Assembly (NCBI GenBank): GCA_963674755.2
Contig: CAXXVS010000001.1
Span: forward strand, 384,001-448,000
Reading direction: 5' to 3'
DNA from: Desulfobacterales bacterium
GTDB lineage: Bacteria; Desulfobacterota; Desulfobacteria; Desulfobacterales; UBA5852
Length of the DNA: 64,000 bases
Shown: piece after piece, positions 60,589-64,000 of the stretch
How the letters are laid out: each line of letters starts with the position of its first letter
Numbering within the stretch: the first letter of the stretch is position 1
The notes under the pieces: generated by a model
Databases searched by the model: none
What the model saw: only the letters and a program-made list of their open reading frames with translations
What the model was told of the DNA's origin: nothing
Position numbers and translations under genes: made by a program

Positions 60589-61635
60589 ATGCCTGTGGAT
60601 GATAGCGCCGATCTTTTGTTTCGGCAGGAGCGTGTCACAGCCCGTATCGTGGCCCCCGACGGCACCGCAACGGAGCGCCCCATTGAAATCCGCACGCATC
60701 CGGTGACCGGCCGGCGCTGTCGCATCACCTTCAGCCGCTCGGCCGAAAAGGAGGTCGGTACCCGGCAGCTGCCCGATCCGCCGCCCCACGCCGGGCAGAC
60801 CGGCCGCTGCCCTTTCTGTTCCCCCCAACGGGAATCCCAAACGCCCCGCTTCCCGCCGGAGTTCCACCCCGAAGGCCGAATGGCGCACGGGCTGTCGGTG
60901 CTCTTCCCCAACCTGTTCCCCTATGCGCGCTACTCCGCGGTGAGTTTGTTCGATGACCGGCATTTCGTGGAAATCGGAACCGCTTCGCCGGCGTCCTACA
61001 GGGATTGCTTCCTCAACTGCGCCACCTTTCTGCAGCGTGTTCGCCAGACCGATCCCGCGGCGGTCTACATGGGCATTGCCCAAAATCATCTGCCCTCGGC
61101 CGGCGGTTCCCTGCTGCATCCCCATCTCCAGGTGCATGCCGATCGTATCGCGCCCAACCACCACCGGTTTTTAGACCGGCGTACCCGTGCCTACCGGGCG
61201 GCCACCGGCCGCGGACTGTTTGACGATCTATTGAAGCACGAACAGGAAGACGGTACCCGGATCATCGGCCGGACCGGATCATGGGAATGGCTGGCTGCCT
61301 TTGCACCGGAAGGTTTCTACGAAATCTGGGGCATTCTGCCCGGGCGGACGTCTTTGCGGTCGCTGGCCGTCGGGGAATGGGAAGATCTGGCCCAGGGGGT
61401 GGTGAATACCCAGCGCTTCTATCGCCGTCTGTGTCGCAACGGCTACAACTTCGGCCTGCTCGCGGTGGAAGAAGACGACAGCGCCCTGGAACTGCGGGCC
61501 GTTCTGTTGGTGCGTTCGAACTACGCCGCCTGGGTGCGCAACGACCACACCAGTTTTGAAACGATGCTGGGCGACATGGCCACCTTCCACCTGCCGGAGG
61601 AAACCGCCCGCCTGGCAAGACCTTATTGGCAGTGA
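60589..61635 (+). CDS. Galactose-1-phosphate uridylyltransferase-like (HIT superfamily)
   Basis: CPFC, PNLFPY, GGSLLHPHLQ (HxHxQ). Confidence 0.8.
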   Translation: MPVDDSADLLFRQERVTARIVAPDGTATERPIEIRTHPVTGRRCRITFSRSAEKEVGTRQLPDPPPHAGQTGRCPFCSPQRESQTPRFPPEFHPEGRMAHGLSVLFPNLFPYARYSAVSLFDDRHFVEIGTASPASYRDCFLNCATFLQRVRQTDPAAVYMGIAQNHLPSAGGSLLHPHLQVHADRIAPNHHRFLDRRTRAYRAATGRGLFDDLLKHEQEDGTRIIGRTGSWEWLAAFAPEGFYEIWGILPGRTSLRSLAVGEWEDLAQGVVNTQRFYRRLCRNGYNFGLLAVEEDDSALELRAVLLVRSNYAAWVRNDHTSFETMLGDMATFHLPEETARLARPYWQ

Positions 61636-61800
61636 TCCTGCCATATGGCCGGTACCAGGTGCCCAGCCCGGAGCACTCCACATACGCCGTTTGGCGTTTT
61701 CAGGCGAGTTGTTTGAAAAGAGATTGTGGGGGGCTCACGCGGCGTCACGGTTCGGTCCGGCCGCCGGCGCACCAAGGCCATCCCGATTCGATAAGGCCCA

Positions 61801-62739
61801 TCAGGCCGCTTGTTGATAGGAAGCCGGTGTCTGCTGTTCTTTGGCCCGGGTCTTGGCCAGAATGGCCGTGATGCGCGCGTCTTTTTCCAGCCACAAACGG
61901 TTCAGCCATTCCTGGAACCAGCCGCGATAGGCGTCGTCGTTGAAGTAGTCGCCCTGCAGTTTGTTTGTTACGGGGATTTCCCGAACCCGTATGACAACGT
62001 CCTGCAGACGGCCGCAAAGCATATCCCAGAAGGACACGGCACCCTGGGGGTAGACGATGGTCACGTCCAGGATACTGGTCATCTGATCTCCCATGGCGCT
62101 CAGAACAAAGGCGATGCCGCCGGAGCGGGGGCGCAGCAGATGGCTGTATGGGGATTGCTGGCGCCGATGCTTGGCCGCCGTGAAGCGTGTGCCTTCGGTG
62201 AAGTTCATGATGGAAACCGGGATCTCGCGGAATTTCCGGCAGGCCCGGCGGGTGATTTCCAGGTCCTTGCCCTTGAGATGCGGTTTGCGCTGCAGCACAG
62301 CCCGGGAATAGCGTTTGACGAAAGGAAAATCCAGCGCCCACCAGGCCAGTCCCAGAACCGGCATCCAGATGAGTTCCTGTTTGATAAAGAATTTCAAAAA
62401 CGGGATGCGGCGGTGGAAAATACGCTGCAGCACCAGGATGTCCACCCAGGACTGGTGATTGGAAAGGACCAGATACCAGTTGCCGGCCCGCAGGGCCTCG
62501 AGACCGCGGATGTCCCACCGGATGGAATTCATGACTTGCAGGTTCAGGTTGTTGACGGCAATCCAGCGGGCCGCAATCCAATTCAGGATGCGGCTGCATT
62601 GGCGGCGCCAGCCGCGCTGGGGCACGATGGCTTTCAGCAGGGCCACGATAAAGAGGAGAAAACACCAAAACAACGTATTCACGGTGTAGCCGGTAAGCGC
62701 TATAACGCCGCGAAGCGGTCCGGGAATCAGCGTCAACAT
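61801..62739 (-). CDS. YihG-like 1-acyl-glycerol-3-phosphate acyltransferase
   Basis: NHQSWVD, FFIKQEL, EGTRF. Confidence 0.9.
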   Translation of the reverse strand: MLTLIPGPLRGVIALTGYTVNTLFWCFLLFIVALLKAIVPQRGWRRQCSRILNWIAARWIAVNNLNLQVMNSIRWDIRGLEALRAGNWYLVLSNHQSWVDILVLQRIFHRRIPFLKFFIKQELIWMPVLGLAWWALDFPFVKRYSRAVLQRKPHLKGKDLEITRRACRKFREIPVSIMNFTEGTRFTAAKHRRQQSPYSHLLRPRSGGIAFVLSAMGDQMTSILDVTIVYPQGAVSFWDMLCGRLQDVVIRVREIPVTNKLQGDYFNDDAYRGWFQEWLNRLWLEKDARITAILAKTRAKEQQTPASYQQAA

Positions 62740-62929
62740 GGTCAGCAGGCTCCTATCAGATCAGAAGATTCGCATGTCATAACCATCAAAGCTTATGATA
62801 AGTTTATCCGATATCGACCGCGCAGGATAGTCGCAGGGGGCCTTTTACAATTATTTTACAAGCATTTTTCGGCGATCGTCCATCGGACGCACCTGGCGGC
62901 CGTTGACTTGGCAGCCGCAATCACCTTAA

Positions 62930-63898
62930 ATGATGTCCGTTATGCGAAGCCGATCCTGGATAGTTCACCCTATAGCGATTTTTGTGTTTTCGACCATCGC
63001 CCTGGTCCTCTCCCTGTTTCTCTATATTTACTGGTATGTGGAGGTGAGCACGGGGCTCGAGGCCATGGTGCGCCGGCTGAATCTGGAGCCCGTCCAGGTG
63101 CTGACGCCCGAGACCTGGGTGGTGGTGCTGGTGCTCTCCATCCTAGTGGGCATCATCCTCATGGGGATTTTCACGATTTTCGTTTATAACCAGAAGACCC
63201 TGCAGCTCTTCCGCTTGCAGCACAACTTTATCAACAACTTCACCCATGAGTTGAAAACCCCGGTAACCTCCCTGAAGCTTTTTCTGGAGACTTTTCTCAA
63301 ATACGATCTGGCCCGTACCGATCAGGAGCGTTATATTCACTACATGCTTTCGGATGTGGGGCGACTTTCCGACAATATCAACCGCATCCTCAACCTGGCC
63401 CGCCTGGAGAGCAAGAGCTACCAGCCGGATTTCCACCCCACGGACCTTGTCGCGGCTGTCGGTGAATTGCTGGAAATCCATGCGCCCCTTTTTGAAGGCT
63501 GCGCGATCCGGATTCATGCGCCGGCGGAGGAGACGTGGTATCATCCCGTGGATCGGCCCCTGTTTGACATGCTGGTGATGAATTTGCTGACCAATGCGGT
63601 GAAGTACAATCAATCCGAGCAGCCCTGCATTGACATCCGGTTTCAAGCGGGGCGGCGGTATCTTCGAATCCGTTTCGAAGACAACGGGATTGGGATCGAC
63701 AAGCGGGATGCCCGCAAAATTTTTCGTCGTTTTTACCAGGCCGGACGGCCGGGCCGTTTGCAGGCCAAAGGCAGCGGACTGGGGCTAAACCTTGTCCAGC
63801 ATATTGCCAGGATCCACAAAGGTCGGGTGGAGGCCGAGGGCCGCACGGATGCCGATGGATCGGTCTTCACCCTCATTTTGCCCAAAGGTAAACCATAG
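62930..63898 (+). CDS. Sensor histidine kinase
   Basis: Two TM helices, THELKTP, NLLTNAVKY, GSGLGL. Confidence 0.92.
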   Translation: MMSVMRSRSWIVHPIAIFVFSTIALVLSLFLYIYWYVEVSTGLEAMVRRLNLEPVQVLTPETWVVVLVLSILVGIILMGIFTIFVYNQKTLQLFRLQHNFINNFTHELKTPVTSLKLFLETFLKYDLARTDQERYIHYMLSDVGRLSDNINRILNLARLESKSYQPDFHPTDLVAAVGELLEIHAPLFEGCAIRIHAPAEETWYHPVDRPLFDMLVMNLLTNAVKYNQSEQPCIDIRFQAGRRYLRIRFEDNGIGIDKRDARKIFRRFYQAGRPGRLQAKGSGLGLNLVQHIARIHKGRVEAEGRTDADGSVFTLILPKGKP

Positions 63899-63916
63899 CC
63901 GCTAGCGGGAACCGAG

Positions 63917-64000
63917 ATGACGATACCGAACAATGCCAAGAGCCGCATCCTGGTGGTTGAAGATGAAAAGCATATCGCCGAGGGGATCCGCCTGAACCTC
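63917..64000 (+). CDS. Response regulator, 5' part (runs off the window)
   Basis: MTIPNNAKSRILVVEDEKHIAEGIRLNL. Confidence 0.85.
   Translation, partial: MTIPNNAKSRILVVEDEKHIAEGIRLNL

Overview
GC-rich chromosomal window from an anaerobic, sulfate-reducer-like bacterium (Desulfobacterota inferred from gene content: Sec-formate dehydrogenase, c3 cytochrome, Tmc-like subunits, AOR). 0.25-16.7 kb: a lipid A/LPS-modification block with arnBCADT, one SMR flippase, a second ArnT, an InaA-type LPS kinase, three related SAM methyltransferases and a CusR/ColR-type two-component pair; it is bracketed by ~670-bp direct repeats. 17-28 kb: rnd, thrS, a selenocysteine formate dehydrogenase, and an unusual operon in which metF and metV flank a Tmc-like membrane heme-b / Fe-S / tetraheme cytochrome c module. 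28.6-39.5 kb: a ~10.9-kb phage-satellite-like element inserted into yjbQ by a large serine recombinase. It carries its own intact yjbQ recoded at the att site, has attP inside the integrase gene (the C-terminus changes on excision), and also holds a second (tyrosine) recombinase, a lone DUF2213 head-assembly-type gene, a C4/CI-like antisense RNA architecture, a candidate rep/ori and an IS with a clean target duplication. 39.7-64 kb: mostly ordinary genes (HsdR-N-like nuclease, MCP/cheW, AOR, FecR-OmpA-CHASE2, HU, glpD, etc.) plus an AT-rich PEP-CTERM gene behind a sigma54 promoter and a c-di-GMP-I riboswitch. No rRNA, tRNA or CRISPR array was seen. All family assignments come from motif recognition by eye, not database searches.
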